Assembly: GCA_035486855.1 (NCBI GenBank)
Contig: DATHMT010000018.1
Location: forward strand, 68,238 to 132,237
Source: Steroidobacteraceae bacterium
GTDB taxonomy: Bacteria > Pseudomonadota > Gammaproteobacteria > Steroidobacterales > Steroidobacteraceae
Direction of reading: 5' to 3'
DNA: 64,000 nt
In this document: positions 38,879-50,431 of the stretch, piece after piece
How the letters are laid out: every line of letters begins with the position of its first letter
Position numbering within the stretch: the stretch's first letter is position 1
Notes under the pieces: generated by a model
What the model was told of the DNA's origin: nothing
Databases searched by the model: none
What the model saw: the letters and a program-made list of their open reading frames with translations, nothing else
Program-made: the position numbers and the translations under genes

Positions 38879-38948
38879 CAGGTACAATCGGCGCCCCTGG
38901 CCGTACCCCTGGCTCTGGGAGTGTCGTGGGCGCGAAAGGTTTGTTCCG

Positions 38949-40559
38949 GTGATCGAAGAAGAATATTCGAGTGAAATCAAGCGTCGCAGAACGTTTGCCA
39001 TCATCTCGCACCCGGACGCCGGCAAGACCACGCTGACCGAGAAGCTGCTGCTGTTCGGGGGTGCGATCCAGATGGCCGGGACGGTCAAGGGACGCAAGGC
39101 CACGCGCCATGCGACCTCGGACTGGATGCGGCTGGAACAGCAGCGTGGTATTTCCGTGACCTCCTCGGTCATGCAGTTTCCGTTTCGCGACTGCATCGTC
39201 AATCTGCTGGACACACCGGGTCATGAGGACTTTTCGGAGGACACCTACCGCACGCTGACCGCGGTGGATTCGGCGCTGATGGTCATCGACTGTGCCAAGG
39301 GCGTCGAAGAGCGCACGGTGAAGCTGATGGAAGTGTGCCGGCTGCGCGACACGCCGATCATCACGTTCATCAACAAGCTGGACCGCGAGGGCCGGGCGCC
39401 GATCGAGCTGCTGGATGAGATCGAACAGGTGCTGAAGATCCGCACCGCCCCGGTCACCTGGCCCATCGGCATGGGGCAGCGGCTCAAGGGTGTCTATCAC
39501 CTTCCCCAGGACCGCATTTACGCCTATCAGCCGGCCGAGAAGGGTCGCGTGGGTGAGAACTTCATCATCGACCGTCTGGCCTCCGACGAAGCACAGGAAT
39601 TTCTGGGCAGCGAGGCCGCTGCGTTCGCCGCGGAAGTGGAGCTGGTGCAGGGGGCGACCGATGCCTTTGATCTCAGCGCCTATCGCGCCGGTAAGCAGAC
39701 ACCGGTCTTCTTCGGCTCCGCGATCAACAATTTCGGCGTGGAGGAGTTGCTGGCGGCGTTCGCCGAAAATGCGCCCGGCCCGCTACCGCGCGCGACGCGC
39801 GAGCGCATGGTCGAGGCGCTCGAGCCGAAGCTCACCGGATTCGTCTTCAAGATCCAGGCGAACATGGACCCGGCGCATCGCGACCGGATTGCCTTCATGC
39901 GCCTGTGTTCGGGACGCTACGCACGCGGCATGCGCCTGTTCCATTCGCGGTTGAAGAAGGAAGTGCGGATTGCCGACGCGCTGACCTTCATGGCGGCCGA
40001 TCGCGCGCAGGCCGAGCAGGCCTTCGCCGGTGACATCATCGGGTTGCACAATCACGGCACCATCAATATCGGCGACACCTTCACCGAAGGGGAGGCACTG
40101 GGCTTCACCGGCATTCCGAGCTTCGCGCCGGAGTTGTTCCGCCGCGCGGTGCTCAAGGACCCTTTGAAAATGAAGGCGCTGCAAAAGGGTCTGGCGCAGC
40201 TGTGCGAGGAGGGCGCCACGCAGCTCTTCAAACCCTTGCGCAACAACGATCTGATCCTCGGGGCGGTCGGCCAGCTGCAATTCGAGGTCGTGGCCTTCCG
40301 TCTGCAGGACGAATACAACGTGCAGTGCGTGTTCGACACGATCGGGGTCCATACCGCCCGCTGGGTGTATTGTGATGACGCGAAGCTGCTGGCCGAGTTC
40401 GAGCAGCGCAATTACGAGAATCTCGCCGTGGATCACGGCGGTGCGCAGGTCTACCTTGCGCCCTCGCGCGTGAATCTGCATCTGACGCTGGAGCGCTGGC
40501 CCGGGGTCACCTTTCGCGAGACCCGCGAACATTCCGATGCGGCGGCCGCCAACGACTGA
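38949..40559 (+). CDS. prfC: Peptide chain release factor 3
   Basis: '[29 protein letters not shown]', 'DTPGHEDF', 'NKLDR', C-terminal '...FRETREH' as in RF3. Confidence 0.95.
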   Translation: MIEEEYSSEIKRRRTFAIISHPDAGKTTLTEKLLLFGGAIQMAGTVKGRKATRHATSDWMRLEQQRGISVTSSVMQFPFRDCIVNLLDTPGHEDFSEDTYRTLTAVDSALMVIDCAKGVEERTVKLMEVCRLRDTPIITFINKLDREGRAPIELLDEIEQVLKIRTAPVTWPIGMGQRLKGVYHLPQDRIYAYQPAEKGRVGENFIIDRLASDEAQEFLGSEAAAFAAEVELVQGATDAFDLSAYRAGKQTPVFFGSAINNFGVEELLAAFAENAPGPLPRATRERMVEALEPKLTGFVFKIQANMDPAHRDRIAFMRLCSGRYARGMRLFHSRLKKEVRIADALTFMAADRAQAEQAFAGDIIGLHNHGTINIGDTFTEGEALGFTGIPSFAPELFRRAVLKDPLKMKALQKGLAQLCEEGATQLFKPLRNNDLILGAVGQLQFEVVAFRLQDEYNVQCVFDTIGVHTARWVYCDDAKLLAEFEQRNYENLAVDHGGAQVYLAPSRVNLHLTLERWPGVTFRETREHSDAAAAND

Positions 40560-42513
40560 CCTCCTTTTCGAACGCTCGCAGCTGCTGCGCCGTCGGCGCC
40601 TGGCTGCCAAAGCGCAGCCGGGCGTAGAGTTTGAGCAGTTCCCGGGCCTGGGTGGTCGCCTCAGGTCCGACCGGGAGGGTGGCCGCATACCCCAGCGGCC
40701 CCTGGTGCGACTGCCGCGCCGGTGCGTGACGGGCGAGCCGCCCGCACAACTTCAGATAGGCACGCGCCAGTCGGTCCGGCCCCGGGCCCTGGCGCAGCCG
40801 GCCAAACTGCCAGCCGACGATGAGCAACCACACCGTCAATGATGCCGCGAGCAGCCAGCCCAGTTGCTGCCAACCGGGGTCGCCGAAACCGAGACGGTCC
40901 AGCAGGCGCAGCTGCGAGCCGTAGTTATAGGCCACGACCTCGCCGCTCCACCAGGCGTTGAGTGCATCCCAGGCCTGATGTCCCTGCTGCAGCCAGGAGA
41001 ATTCATGCAGCAGCCGCTCGGGAACGGACCCGGCGTCGGGCAGCAGATCCAGTATTCCGCGGCGCAGGCGCTCGGGCGCCACGACGGCGGTCGGATCCAC
41101 CCGCATCCAGCCCTGTCCCTGTTCCCAGACCTCGACCCAGGCATGGGCATCGGAGCGTCGAATCAAAAGGTAGCCCCCGATCGGGTTCCACTCACCGCCC
41201 TGGTAACCGGTGACCACGCGCGCGGGCACTCCCGCCGCCCGCATCAGCAGCGCGAACGATGAGGCAAAGTGGCCGCAGAAGCCGCGGCGGGTTCTGAACA
41301 GGAAATCATCGACCGAGTTCACGTCCAGCAGCGGTGGCGTGAGCGTGTATTCGAAGTGACCGTCGCGAAACAGGGCGATGACGCTTTGCACGAACGCCGG
41401 GACATCCGGTGCGGCCGCGCGCATCCGGCGGGCCAGCGCCTGACTGCGGACATTGCGTTGCGGTGGATCGATTCGAGTGTCGATCTGCCGCGCGATGGGC
41501 GATAACCGGTCATCCGAGCGGGTGGTCGTCGAGGAGATCGCCGAATACGTGACCGCATCGTGCACCGGCCGATAGGCCACCAGTTGCCGGTCGGCGGTGA
41601 GCTCGGTGCCGGGCACCCGATCGTGCACCGTATCGAGCGCGGGCCACCAGGGCGTGGAGTCCGGTTCCAACCGGATCTGGTAGTGGTAGGCCGGCCCCAG
41701 ATATTCCACGCTCTCGGACCGAAATTGGCTATGGCCGTGGGTCCAGGTATAGCCATCGAAGTCATGCAGCACCGGGCCGCGCCAGTAGCGCTCCTCGGGC
41801 CGCGGCAGCGGTCCGGAGAACCAGACTCGGAACACCGGATCGACCGAATTTCCCAATTCGGAAATACTTCCCGGACTCATGGTGTCGGACAATCCGGTCT
41901 GGGCCTGATTGGTGCCGCCGAGCGCCCAGAACGAACCGGACAGGCGCGGAAACAACGCGAACAGCAGCAGCGCCAGTGGCACGGCGATGGCCAGACTGCG
42001 CAGACTGATCCGCGCCGCCAGGCGCGAGGGCATCGGGGCCTGCGGATGCGCCGCATACAGCAGTGCCGTACAGCACAGCCAGGCCTGCAGCAGGTAAAGC
42101 GCGGTGCGCGGCAGCTGCTGCGATACCAGGCAGGCGGCGATCAGCAGGTAGCAGCTGACGCCGACCACGATCAAGCGGTCACGCGGCGTCGTTGCTTCCA
42201 GCAGCTTGACCGCGCCCATCAGTACCAGCAACGCCGAGCCGGCATTCAAGCCATTCAAGGTATGAAACATCGCCAGCACCGTGCCGGTCAGTCCCAGGAC
42301 CAGCATCACCTTGAGCGCTCGTCCCGGAAGGCGGGCCCGACCATGCGCCGCCGCCATTGCCCATCCGGCGCCGCCGCAGGCGACCACGGTCACCCACAGC
42401 GGCACCTGGCTCAGGTGCAGAAATGCGCCGAACACATACGCGCCGAGCATCCAGTGCGTCGCCCGCCGCTCGTTTACGGGCAGCTCAAGCACTGGGCGCT
42501 GCCTCGGTGTCAA
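40507..42513 (-). CDS. tgpA: Transglutaminase-domain membrane protein (TgpA-like: DUF3488, transglutaminase core, DUF4129)
   Basis: Multi-TM N-terminus. Cys-His-Asp core '[24 protein letters not shown]...DAHAWVEVW'. Confidence 0.8.
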   Translation of the reverse strand: MTPRQRPVLELPVNERRATHWMLGAYVFGAFLHLSQVPLWVTVVACGGAGWAMAAAHGRARLPGRALKVMLVLGLTGTVLAMFHTLNGLNAGSALLVLMGAVKLLEATTPRDRLIVVGVSCYLLIAACLVSQQLPRTALYLLQAWLCCTALLYAAHPQAPMPSRLAARISLRSLAIAVPLALLLFALFPRLSGSFWALGGTNQAQTGLSDTMSPGSISELGNSVDPVFRVWFSGPLPRPEERYWRGPVLHDFDGYTWTHGHSQFRSESVEYLGPAYHYQIRLEPDSTPWWPALDTVHDRVPGTELTADRQLVAYRPVHDAVTYSAISSTTTRSDDRLSPIARQIDTRIDPPQRNVRSQALARRMRAAAPDVPAFVQSVIALFRDGHFEYTLTPPLLDVNSVDDFLFRTRRGFCGHFASSFALLMRAAGVPARVVTGYQGGEWNPIGGYLLIRRSDAHAWVEVWEQGQGWMRVDPTAVVAPERLRRGILDLLPDAGSVPERLLHEFSWLQQGHQAWDALNAWWSGEVVAYNYGSQLRLLDRLGFGDPGWQQLGWLLAASLTVWLLIVGWQFGRLRQGPGPDRLARAYLKLCGRLARHAPARQSHQGPLGYAATLPVGPEATTQARELLKLYARLRFGSQAPTAQQLRAFEKEVSRWRPPHRNVRGSRER

Positions 42514-43453
42514 ACAGCGCCAGGGCCCGCAGGCAGCGTTGGCGCTGCAGCAGTCCCTGGTCCAGCGCGATCGATTGATGCGGCAGCCTCAGCCCAAAGC
42601 GTTCGCCGTTGGCCGCCGCACTGAGGATCCAGCGCGCGAGCTGCGAGAGGCGCTGCTCGGTATCGAGGCCGCCGAGCGCCGCGAAGTCGAACAGCCGGTC
42701 GGCACCGCCACTGGAGGTGTATTCCTTGACCAGCAGCGGCGCGCCGCGCGCGTAGGCCTTCCAGGCTACCTGGCGCGGCGAATCGCCTTCGCGAAACGCG
42801 CGCAGCGTCGCCCATTCATCGGCCTCACCGCACTCGCGCGGTGCGCTCCCGCCCTGGGAGGCGGCGGCCAGCGGCAGGGGTCGTTGGCCCTCGGGCCTGG
42901 GATACACCGTCACCGCGTGCGCCACGTGCAGCCAGGTCCAGGCGCGAAACAGCCCGAAGGGCCAGGTGGTCAAGATGCGGATGCGACCGATGGGCATCGC
43001 GCCGCGTCGCGGCGTGGCGATGCTGAGCCTCACCAGCACGGTGCCTGCGGCAGGCGCGGTACAGGTCACGGCGGCCTGCGCGGTACCATCCAGCTGCAGG
43101 GCCATGCGCGGCTGTGCGCCGGCGTTGGTCAGCCGCAGTTGCAACTGCGCCTGTTCCCCGGCAAAGCTGTCCTGCGAGGACAGGTCGGTCACGGTCAACC
43201 CCAGGAGGTTGCGATGGCAGCTGTGCATCGCCACCAGCGTCATACCGGCCAGCAGAAACGTCAGCAGCAGCGCGAGGCTGTTGGCGTAATTGAGTCCGGC
43301 GATGAGCATCAGCAAGAGCAGGGCGCCGAAGGCGATGCCGGTGCGCGTCGGCAGGATGTAGAGGCGGCGGCGATGCAGGGTGACCGGGAGCAGATCCGCT
43401 CCCTGGCGGCGGCGCATCCAGGCGGCCATTCGGCGTTGCATGAAGGCGCGCAT
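42485..43453 (-). CDS. DUF58 domain protein
   Basis: N-terminal TM pair and 'LRAFREGDSPRQVAWKAYAR', characteristic of DUF58 partners of MoxR. Confidence 0.8.
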   Translation of the reverse strand: MRAFMQRRMAAWMRRRQGADLLPVTLHRRRLYILPTRTGIAFGALLLLMLIAGLNYANSLALLLTFLLAGMTLVAMHSCHRNLLGLTVTDLSSQDSFAGEQAQLQLRLTNAGAQPRMALQLDGTAQAAVTCTAPAAGTVLVRLSIATPRRGAMPIGRIRILTTWPFGLFRAWTWLHVAHAVTVYPRPEGQRPLPLAAASQGGSAPRECGEADEWATLRAFREGDSPRQVAWKAYARGAPLLVKEYTSSGGADRLFDFAALGGLDTEQRLSQLARWILSAAANGERFGLRLPHQSIALDQGLLQRQRCLRALALFDTEAAPSA

Positions 43454-43473
43454 GCGATGCCCCCCGTGTGGAA

Positions 43474-44415
43474 TCAGACCGGTACTGGAATGGCGCGTAT
43501 CAGTTCGTGGGCCAGATCCGCATCGCCGCTGCGCCCGGCCTCGCGAGGCTCGAGACGATGGGCGACCACCGCGGGCAGCACCGCCTGCACATCCTCCGGC
43601 AGCGCCGTGTCACGTCCGATGATGTAGGCATGGGCCTGGGCCGCGCGCATCAGCCCCTGGGCCGCGCGCGGCGAGAGTCCGAGTTTCAGCTCGCCGCGCG
43701 TGCGGGTGTATTCAACCAGCCGTTGCACATAGTCGAGCAGGGGCGCCGAGCGGTGCACCTGCCGAACGGACTGCTGCATGCCGAGAATCGTCTCCGGATC
43801 CAGCGTCGCCGGCATCTGTGCGAGCTGTTCGCGCGGCTCATCGCCCTGCAGCAGCCGCCGTTCCGATGCCGCATCCGGATAACCCAGGCTGACCCGCATC
43901 AGGAACCGATCCAGCTGTGATTCGGGCAGGGCGAAGGTGCCCAGCTGCTCATGTGGATTCTGGGTAGCGACCACAAAGAACGGCTCGGGCAGTCGATAGG
44001 TCGTGAGGTCCACGCTCACCTGACGCTCCTCCATCGCCTCGAGCAGGGCGCTTTGGGTACGGGGGCTCGCACGATTAACCTCATCGGCCAGCAGCAGCTG
44101 CGTGAACAGGGGGCCACGCTTGAAGTGAAACTGCTGCGCGGCGCGATCGAACACCGAGACCCCGATGATGTCGGCGGGCAGCAGATCACTGGTGAACTGC
44201 ACGCGCTGCCACGCCAATCCGAGGATATGGGCGAGCGCATGGGCCAGGGTGGTTTTACCGACGCCCGGAACGTCCTCGATCAGCAGATGCCCGCGGGCCA
44301 GCAGGCAGGCCAGGCACAGGCGTATCTGCGCCGGCTTGCCGAGAATGACGCGTTCGATGGCCGCCAGCGCGCGCAGCAGTCCCTCAGCTTGGGGTCGGGA
44401 AGGCGCCAGCATCAT
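43474..44415 (-). CDS. MoxR-family AAA+ ATPase
   Basis: '[21 protein letters not shown]', '[23 protein letters not shown]', 'FFVVATQNP'. Confidence 0.9.
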   Translation of the reverse strand: MMLAPSRPQAEGLLRALAAIERVILGKPAQIRLCLACLLARGHLLIEDVPGVGKTTLAHALAHILGLAWQRVQFTSDLLPADIIGVSVFDRAAQQFHFKRGPLFTQLLLADEVNRASPRTQSALLEAMEERQVSVDLTTYRLPEPFFVVATQNPHEQLGTFALPESQLDRFLMRVSLGYPDAASERRLLQGDEPREQLAQMPATLDPETILGMQQSVRQVHRSAPLLDYVQRLVEYTRTRGELKLGLSPRAAQGLMRAAQAHAYIIGRDTALPEDVQAVLPAVVAHRLEPREAGRSGDADLAHELIRAIPVPV

Positions 44416-47228
44416 GGCTCCAGCTTGCGCATGATGTCGCGCTGCGCCTGGATGCCGGCGACCGTTCGCTCCTGTTCGACTTCCCGAGCGCGCTCCGCCT
44501 GCACGACACTCTCGGGTGCATTGCGCACGAAGGTCTCACTGGCCAGTTTGGCGCGGGTCTTGCCCAGATCCTGGACGGCCTTCGCGAGGCGCTTGGTCAG
44601 CCGCTCGATCTCGGCCGCTGCGTCGATCAGTCCGGCCATGGGCACCAGAATACTCAGCTCGCCCAAAAGAGCCGTGGCCGACGGGGGTGCCGCCTGCTGC
44701 GGGTCCAGCCGCTCGATGCCCGACAACCCTGCCAGATGTTCGAGCGCTCCCTGATTACGCAACGCGCGCTGCCACTCGAGCTGCGTCGCGCCGCGCACCA
44801 GGATCGCAATGCGCCGCGCCGGGGCAATGTTCATCTCGCTGCGTATCTGGCGCACGGCCAGCACGAACTGCTGCACCCAGGCGATTTCGTTCTCGGCGAC
44901 TTCATCGGGCGGATAGTCGCTGGCGCGCGGGTAGGGCGCTACCATCACCGAGTCGCCACCGCGACCGGCCAGCGGTGCGGCTTTTTGCCAGATCTCCTCG
45001 GTGATGAAGGGCATCAGGGGATGCAGCGCGCGCTGCAGCGACTCGAGGATGTCCAGCAGCGTGGCCCGTGCGGCGCTGCGCGCCGCTGCGGCAGACTCAG
45101 CTGCCTGGAGCACCGGCTTGGTGAACTCGACATACCAGTCGCAGAACTCGTACCAGGTGAACTGGTAGAGCGCGCTGGCGGCGAAGTCGAAGCGATAGTC
45201 CTTGAATGCCGCTTCGACTTCACCGAGCAGTCGCCCGAACCGCGACCTGATCCAGCGATCGGCCGTGGCAAACTCAACCGGCACCGCGATGTCAGGGACG
45301 GCGAGCGCGTCGGCGGCGGGCGCCACCATCAGCATTACGAAGCGCGCGGCATTCCACAGTTTGTTGCAGAACTTGCGATAACCCTCGACGCGCGCCAGGT
45401 CGAAGCGGATCTCGCGCGTCGGGGTGGCGAGCGCCGCGAGCGTAAACCGCAGGGCATCGGTGCCGTGGGCCGCAATGCCTTCCGGGAACTGCCTGCGGGT
45501 GTTCTTCTCGATCGCCGGCTTCATCTGCGGTTGCATCAGGCCCGTGGTGCGCTTGGCGAGCAGCGCATCAAGCCCGATGCCATCGACGATATCCAGCGGA
45601 TCGATGATGTTGCCCTTGGACTTCGACATCTTCTGGCCGAACTCATCGAGGATCAGCCCGTGCATGTAGACGTCACGGAACGGTACCTGGCCGGTGAACT
45701 TCAGCCCCATCATCATCATCCGCGCCACCCAGAAGAAAATGATGTCGAAGCCAGTCACCAGCACACTGGTCGGGTAGTACTTGGCGAGCTGCGGTGTTTG
45801 CTCCGGCCAGCCCAGCGTCGAGAAGGGCCACAGGGCCGCGGAAAACCAGGTATCCAGAACATCGTTGTCCTGGGTCAGCGTGACCGCGGGCCCCAGTGCA
45901 TGCCGCGCGCGCACGTCGGCCTCATCGTAGCCCACGAAGACGCTGCCGGCCCCGTCATACCAGGCCGGAATACGATGACCCCACCACAGCTGACGACTGA
46001 TGCACCAGTCATGGATGTTCTTCATCCATTCGAAGTAAGTGCGCGACCAGTTCTCCGGAACGAACCGCGTACGTCCGTCCTGCACGGCGGCGACGGCCGG
46101 CCTGGCCAGGGGTTCGACCTTCACATACCACTGATCCGTGAGGTAGGGCTCCAGCACGGCCCCGGAACGCTCGCCGCGCGGGACCTGCAGGCGGTGCTTC
46201 TCGACTCGTGCCAAAAGGCCCGCCAGCTCCAGTTCGGCCACGATGCGCTTGCGCGCCTCGAAGCGATCCAGGCCCACGAAGCGCGCCGGCGCGTTGTCAT
46301 TGATCTTCGCCTGGGGTGTGAAGATATTGATCTGCTCGAGGTTATGGCGCAGCCCGATCTCATAGTCGTTGAAGTCGTGGGCAGGTGTGATCTTCACGCA
46401 GCCGGAACCGAAGGCGGCATCCACGTAGTCATCCGCGATGATCGGAATGAGCCGCTCAGTGAGCGGCAGGCGCAGCTTGCGCCCGATGAGATGCCGATAG
46501 CGCTCATCGTCCGGGTTTACGGCGACCGCGCTGTCGCCGAGCATGGTCTCGGGACGGGTCGTCGCGACGATGACGTGGCCACTGCCATCCTCGAGCGGAT
46601 AGCTCAGGTGCCACAGGTGCCCGTCCTCCTCCTGCCCTTCGACTTCGAGGTCCGACACCGCGGTCAGCAGCACCGGATCCCAGTTCACCAGGCGTTTGCC
46701 GCGGTAGATGAGGCCTTCGCGGTGCAGGCGGACGAATGCTTCGATGACGGCGCGGGACAGCCCCGCATCCATGGTGAAGCGATCGCGGGTCCAGTCGACC
46801 GAGTCCCCGAGACGCCGCATCTGGGCACAGATGGTGCCACCGGACTCCTCCTTCCACTGCCAGACGCGGGCGATGAACTCGTCGCGCGACAGCTCGCTGC
46901 GATGCTGGCCTTTGGCTTCGAGCTGCCGCTCGACCACCATCTGGGTCGCGATGCCCGCGTGGTCGGTGCCGGATTGCCACAGCGTATCGGCGCCGCGCAT
47001 GCGGTGATAGCGCGTCAGCGCGTCCATCAGCGTGTGCTGGAAGGCGTGCCCCATGTGCAGCGTGCCGGTGACGTTGGGCGGCGGAATGACGATGCAATAC
47101 GGCGCGCCCGAGCCACGCGGCGCGAACCAGCCGCTCTTTTCCCAATGTTGGTAGATGCGCCGCTCGATCTCGTGCGGGGCGTAGAGCTTGTCCATCAATG
47201 CAGGCAACCGTAAGACAGGGTCGATCAT
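44412..47228 (-). CDS. valS: Valine--tRNA ligase
   Basis: 938 aa, '[13 protein letters not shown]' (HIGH), 'KMSKSKGN' (KMSKS), C-terminal coiled coil. Confidence 0.97.
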   Translation of the reverse strand: MIDPVLRLPALMDKLYAPHEIERRIYQHWEKSGWFAPRGSGAPYCIVIPPPNVTGTLHMGHAFQHTLMDALTRYHRMRGADTLWQSGTDHAGIATQMVVERQLEAKGQHRSELSRDEFIARVWQWKEESGGTICAQMRRLGDSVDWTRDRFTMDAGLSRAVIEAFVRLHREGLIYRGKRLVNWDPVLLTAVSDLEVEGQEEDGHLWHLSYPLEDGSGHVIVATTRPETMLGDSAVAVNPDDERYRHLIGRKLRLPLTERLIPIIADDYVDAAFGSGCVKITPAHDFNDYEIGLRHNLEQINIFTPQAKINDNAPARFVGLDRFEARKRIVAELELAGLLARVEKHRLQVPRGERSGAVLEPYLTDQWYVKVEPLARPAVAAVQDGRTRFVPENWSRTYFEWMKNIHDWCISRQLWWGHRIPAWYDGAGSVFVGYDEADVRARHALGPAVTLTQDNDVLDTWFSAALWPFSTLGWPEQTPQLAKYYPTSVLVTGFDIIFFWVARMMMMGLKFTGQVPFRDVYMHGLILDEFGQKMSKSKGNIIDPLDIVDGIGLDALLAKRTTGLMQPQMKPAIEKNTRRQFPEGIAAHGTDALRFTLAALATPTREIRFDLARVEGYRKFCNKLWNAARFVMLMVAPAADALAVPDIAVPVEFATADRWIRSRFGRLLGEVEAAFKDYRFDFAASALYQFTWYEFCDWYVEFTKPVLQAAESAAAARSAARATLLDILESLQRALHPLMPFITEEIWQKAAPLAGRGGDSVMVAPYPRASDYPPDEVAENEIAWVQQFVLAVRQIRSEMNIAPARRIAILVRGATQLEWQRALRNQGALEHLAGLSGIERLDPQQAAPPSATALLGELSILVPMAGLIDAAAEIERLTKRLAKAVQDLGKTRAKLASETFVRNAPESVVQAERAREVEQERTVAGIQAQRDIMRKLEP

Positions 47229-47261
47229 TATAGCCGGCGCGCCGTGCCGGCCGGGCAGACG

Positions 47262-47699
47262 CTACAGCTCGTGAGTTTCCAGCGGAAAACCCCGCTCGCG
47301 GTAGGCCTTGAACCGCTCCCGGCCCGCGGCCCGGCGCGCCGGATCGGCATCGATGATCTCGATGATGCGGGTGGCCAGTTCGGGATGCGCGGGCAGCTGG
47401 GGCGTGAGATTGATGAGGACATCGACCGGTTCAGTCGGTCCGGCACCGCCATTGAGGATTACGGGGGTGCCGGTCAGCTGCGGCGCCCCCGAGGCGATTT
47501 CGTGCGGAATGAAGCTGTGCTCATTGGCGACCCACAGCATCTGGTCCAGCATGCCCAGGGTGGCCGGGTCGCCGTGCTGGATCAGCACCGTGCTGCCGGC
47601 CTTCCAGGCCTTCTCGGTGATGCGGCAGGCTACCGTCAGGAGCGCGCTCGGCGCGCGATCCGCGACCACGTAGAAGGTGACGGAGGGTTGCGCAGCCAG
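47262..47699 (-). CDS. holC: DNA polymerase III subunit chi
   Basis: 'VTFYVV...', 'WKAGSTVLI', 'LDQMLWV..EHSFIPH', in the canonical pepA-holC-valS position. The 5' end is uncertain: the only in-frame codons just upstream of the conserved N-terminus are CTG (47699, 47708); the nearest GTG (47792) overlaps pepA by 88 nt. Confidence 0.75.
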   Translation of the reverse strand: MAAQPSVTFYVVADRAPSALLTVACRITEKAWKAGSTVLIQHGDPATLGMLDQMLWVANEHSFIPHEIASGAPQLTGTPVILNGGAGPTEPVDVLINLTPQLPAHPELATRIIEIIDADPARRAAGRERFKAYRERGFPLETHEL

Positions 47700-47704
47700 A
47701 CCGG

Positions 47705-49204
47705 TCAGCCTGCGCCCGCGCGCCGGACCAGGAAGTCCGTCAGCAGCGGCATGGGGCGTCCGGTCGCGCCTTTGTGTGCGCCGCCCAGCCACGCGACACC
47801 CGCGATGTCCATGTGGGCCCACTTCAGGCCCTGCGTGAACTTACCCAGGAAGGCCGCTGCCGTGATGGCGCCGCCCTCGCGGCCGCCCACATTGGCCATG
47901 TCGGCGAAGTTCGTCTTCAGTTGCTCACCGTACTCCTCGGTCAGCGGCAACTGCCAGCCGCGGTCATCGGCGCGCACGCCGGCGGCAACCAGTTCGCTCA
48001 CCAGTGCGTCATCGTTGCCCATGATGCCGCAGTGATGCGCTCCCAGTGCGACCACGCAGGCACCGGTGAGGGTCGCCATATCGACCACGATCGCCGGATC
48101 AAAGCGGCGGGCATAGTGGAGCGCATCGCAGAGAATCAGTCGACCCTCGGCGTCCGTGTTCAGGATTTCGACCGTCTGGCCCGAGGCACTGGTGACGATG
48201 TCACCGGGCTTGATGGCCAGGCCGTCCGGCATGTTCTCGCAGGTGGGGACCAGGCCCACCACCCGGATCGGCAGTCTGGCCTCGGCGAGGAATGCGATGG
48301 CGGCAATGACGGAGGCGGCTCCCATCATGTCGAACTTCATCTCATCCATGGCCGCGGGGTCCTTGAGGGAGATGCCGCCGGTATCGAAGGTGATGCCCTT
48401 GCCGACCAGGACGATGGGCGCCGTGCGCGGCGCGCGCGGACCCTGGTAGTCCAGGATGATGAAGCGTGGTGGCTGGGCGCTGCCCTGGGTGACCGCCAGC
48501 AAGCAGCCCATTTTCTCGCGCCGGATCGCCGCCTCATCGAGCACTTTGACCTTCACCGAGCGATGACGCTTGGCCAGACCCCTGGCGCGTTCGGCCAGGT
48601 ACGTCGGCGTGCAGACATTCGGCGGCAGATTGCCCAGATCGCGCTGCAACGCCGTCGCCATGACCAGCGCCTGACCGTGCTCCAATCCCAGTTTGGCCTG
48701 TGCAACGCCCGCCGCGCGCACCGGCCCGGCGACCACCAGGCTGATCGCGGGGAGTGGGGGTTTCTTCCCCGTCTTGAGGTCATTGGTGCGATAGAGGACG
48801 CTCCCGGTGATCTCCGCCACGCAGCGCCCGAAATAATAGTCATCCAGTTGCTTGGCCGCCGGCCGTTCAAGCCCCAGGCCGACACTTTTCACGCGCGTCC
48901 GTCCGGCCGCGGTCAATGCCGCAGCACAGGCGCGGCGCCAGGCTTTGCGGTGGTAGCTGGATTCTGGCCCCAACCCGACCAACAACACGCGTGTGGCGTT
49001 CAACCCGGCCTGCGACAGCAGCTGCGTCTCCCCGGCTCTGCCGCTGAAATCCCCGCGGTCAATGACGCCTTTCAGGTAGCCGGCCGTGGCCTTGTCCACC
49101 GCAGCGGCCTCGGTGCCGAGCTTGCCGTCCTCAAAGACTCCCACCGCCAGACAGTCCACGGACAGGTCAGGGAAAGCTTTCGACCACACGTCAAACTGCA
49201 TCAT
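47705..49204 (-). CDS. pepA: Leucyl aminopeptidase
   Basis: Start MMQFDVW at 49204, 499 aa, 'NTDAEGRLILCDAL' M17 signature. The 873-aa ORF-track extension was rejected. Confidence 0.95.
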   Translation of the reverse strand: MMQFDVWSKAFPDLSVDCLAVGVFEDGKLGTEAAAVDKATAGYLKGVIDRGDFSGRAGETQLLSQAGLNATRVLLVGLGPESSYHRKAWRRACAAALTAAGRTRVKSVGLGLERPAAKQLDDYYFGRCVAEITGSVLYRTNDLKTGKKPPLPAISLVVAGPVRAAGVAQAKLGLEHGQALVMATALQRDLGNLPPNVCTPTYLAERARGLAKRHRSVKVKVLDEAAIRREKMGCLLAVTQGSAQPPRFIILDYQGPRAPRTAPIVLVGKGITFDTGGISLKDPAAMDEMKFDMMGAASVIAAIAFLAEARLPIRVVGLVPTCENMPDGLAIKPGDIVTSASGQTVEILNTDAEGRLILCDALHYARRFDPAIVVDMATLTGACVVALGAHHCGIMGNDDALVSELVAAGVRADDRGWQLPLTEEYGEQLKTNFADMANVGGREGGAITAAAFLGKFTQGLKWAHMDIAGVAWLGGAHKGATGRPMPLLTDFLVRRAGAG

Positions 49205-49321
49205 CGACCTCCACCTTGTGCCGCACACGGCCAATCCGAACCATTGTGGTGCAGCACGGCATGCTCTAAGGTTACCGGTTGAACACGCGAGTCTAACCGA
49301 ATTCAGCCAGTAGGTAGGGTT

Positions 49322-50431
49322 TTGGGTCGTCTCCTCGAACGCTATATTTTGCGGGAAATGATCGCCAGTGGATTCGCCGTCACGCTGGTTCTGGTCCTTA
49401 TCCTGCTCATCAACGAGGGCGCACGCGTACTCAGCCGGGCGGCCGACAACCAGTATCCGCACGATGTCGTCTTTGCCCTGATCGGCCTTGGCGCCCTGCA
49501 GCACCTGCCCATTCTCGTGCCGATCGGCCTGCTGCTGGGCATGGTGATGGCCTTCGGGCGCCTCTATCACGACAGTGAGATGACCGCGGCCCTGGCCTGC
49601 GGGGTCGGCATGGCGCGCGTCTACGCACCCGTGATCAGCGTGGGCATCGTGGTCGCCGGCGTGCTGGCGTGGCTGTCGCTCGAGGTCGGTCCCACCTCGA
49701 TGGCGCGGGTCCTCGCCCTGCGCAGCGAAGCGGTGCATGCCGGACAGCTGGCCCCTGCCCCCGAGCGCTTCCGAAGTTTCGGCGGGGGCACGGTCGTCTA
49801 TGCCCAGAACGCTCTGCCGGACGGGACGTTGTCGAATGTCTTCGTCGAGCACGAACGTGGTGGACGGGTCGAAGTGGCGCTCGCCCTGCGCGCGCGCCAC
49901 GTGGTCTCGCCCGATGGCCAGAATCTCACGATCACTCTGTATGACGGGGAGCGCTTCGAAGGCGTGCCCGGCAGTGCGCAATTTCGCATCCTCAAGCATT
50001 TCACCGAGCTCACGATTCCGGTGCAGGTGCCGCCCTTGCGCGATGTCGCGGCGGATCTGGATGCTGCGCCCACCCGCGACCTGATCGGAGCCGCCGCGCT
50101 CGACCACCAGGCGCAGTTGCAGTGGCGCATTGCATTGCCGGTCATGTGTCTGGTGCTGGCCGTGCTGGCCGTACCCATCAGTCACCTGCGGCCGCGGCGC
50201 GGGCGCCTGTCGCGCGTGTGGCTGGCGGTGCTGCTGTTCATTCTCTACTTCTATCTGCTCACCTATGGCCGCGGCGCCATCGAGCGCGGCGCGCTGCCGG
50301 CCGGGCTCGGGTTGTGGTGGACCCATGTCGTGGTCGTGCTGATCGTGCTCCTGATCACGCAGCTGCCGGCGTGGCTCGCCCGATTGCGCAACCGGGCCCC
50401 GCCGAGCACCGCGGCGTTGAGTCCGGCATGA
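49322..50431 (+). CDS. lptF: LPS export ABC transporter permease LptF
   Basis: 'LLERYILREM', 6-TM YjgP/YjgQ layout, divergent from pepA as in many Gammaproteobacteria. TTG start. Confidence 0.88.
   Translation: MGRLLERYILREMIASGFAVTLVLVLILLINEGARVLSRAADNQYPHDVVFALIGLGALQHLPILVPIGLLLGMVMAFGRLYHDSEMTAALACGVGMARVYAPVISVGIVVAGVLAWLSLEVGPTSMARVLALRSEAVHAGQLAPAPERFRSFGGGTVVYAQNALPDGTLSNVFVEHERGGRVEVALALRARHVVSPDGQNLTITLYDGERFEGVPGSAQFRILKHFTELTIPVQVPPLRDVAADLDAAPTRDLIGAAALDHQAQLQWRIALPVMCLVLAVLAVPISHLRPRRGRLSRVWLAVLLFILYFYLLTYGRGAIERGALPAGLGLWWTHVVVVLIVLLITQLPAWLARLRNRAPPSTAALSPA

Noticed and set aside
38949-40559. A programmed frameshift or other recoding in the release-factor gene.
   Set aside because: This gene is prfC (RF3), a single uninterrupted GTPase frame. 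The +1 frameshift is a feature of prfB, which is not in the window.
44736-47213. An 825-aa ORF antisense to valS. Similar very long ORFs lie opposite recognisable genes (282-1295, 1754-3127, 11972-13432, 15160-16245, 20215-21528, 23759-24691, 52712-53938, 58266-59630, 61993-63849).
   Set aside because: These are typical high-GC shadow frames. They are Arg/Ala/Gly/Pro-rich, carry no recognisable motifs, and each fully overlaps a gene with strong family signatures on the other strand.
47705-50326. An 873-aa ORF-track version of pepA. Other over-extended ORFs are 54903-56990 (695 aa), 25113-26168 (351 aa), 34689-36392, 9553-10638, 7249-8313, 50122-51492 and 57975-59522.
   Set aside because: The family-conserved N-termini start at internal ATG or GTG codons. 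The upstream extensions are low-complexity and run through neighbouring genes or divergent promoter regions.
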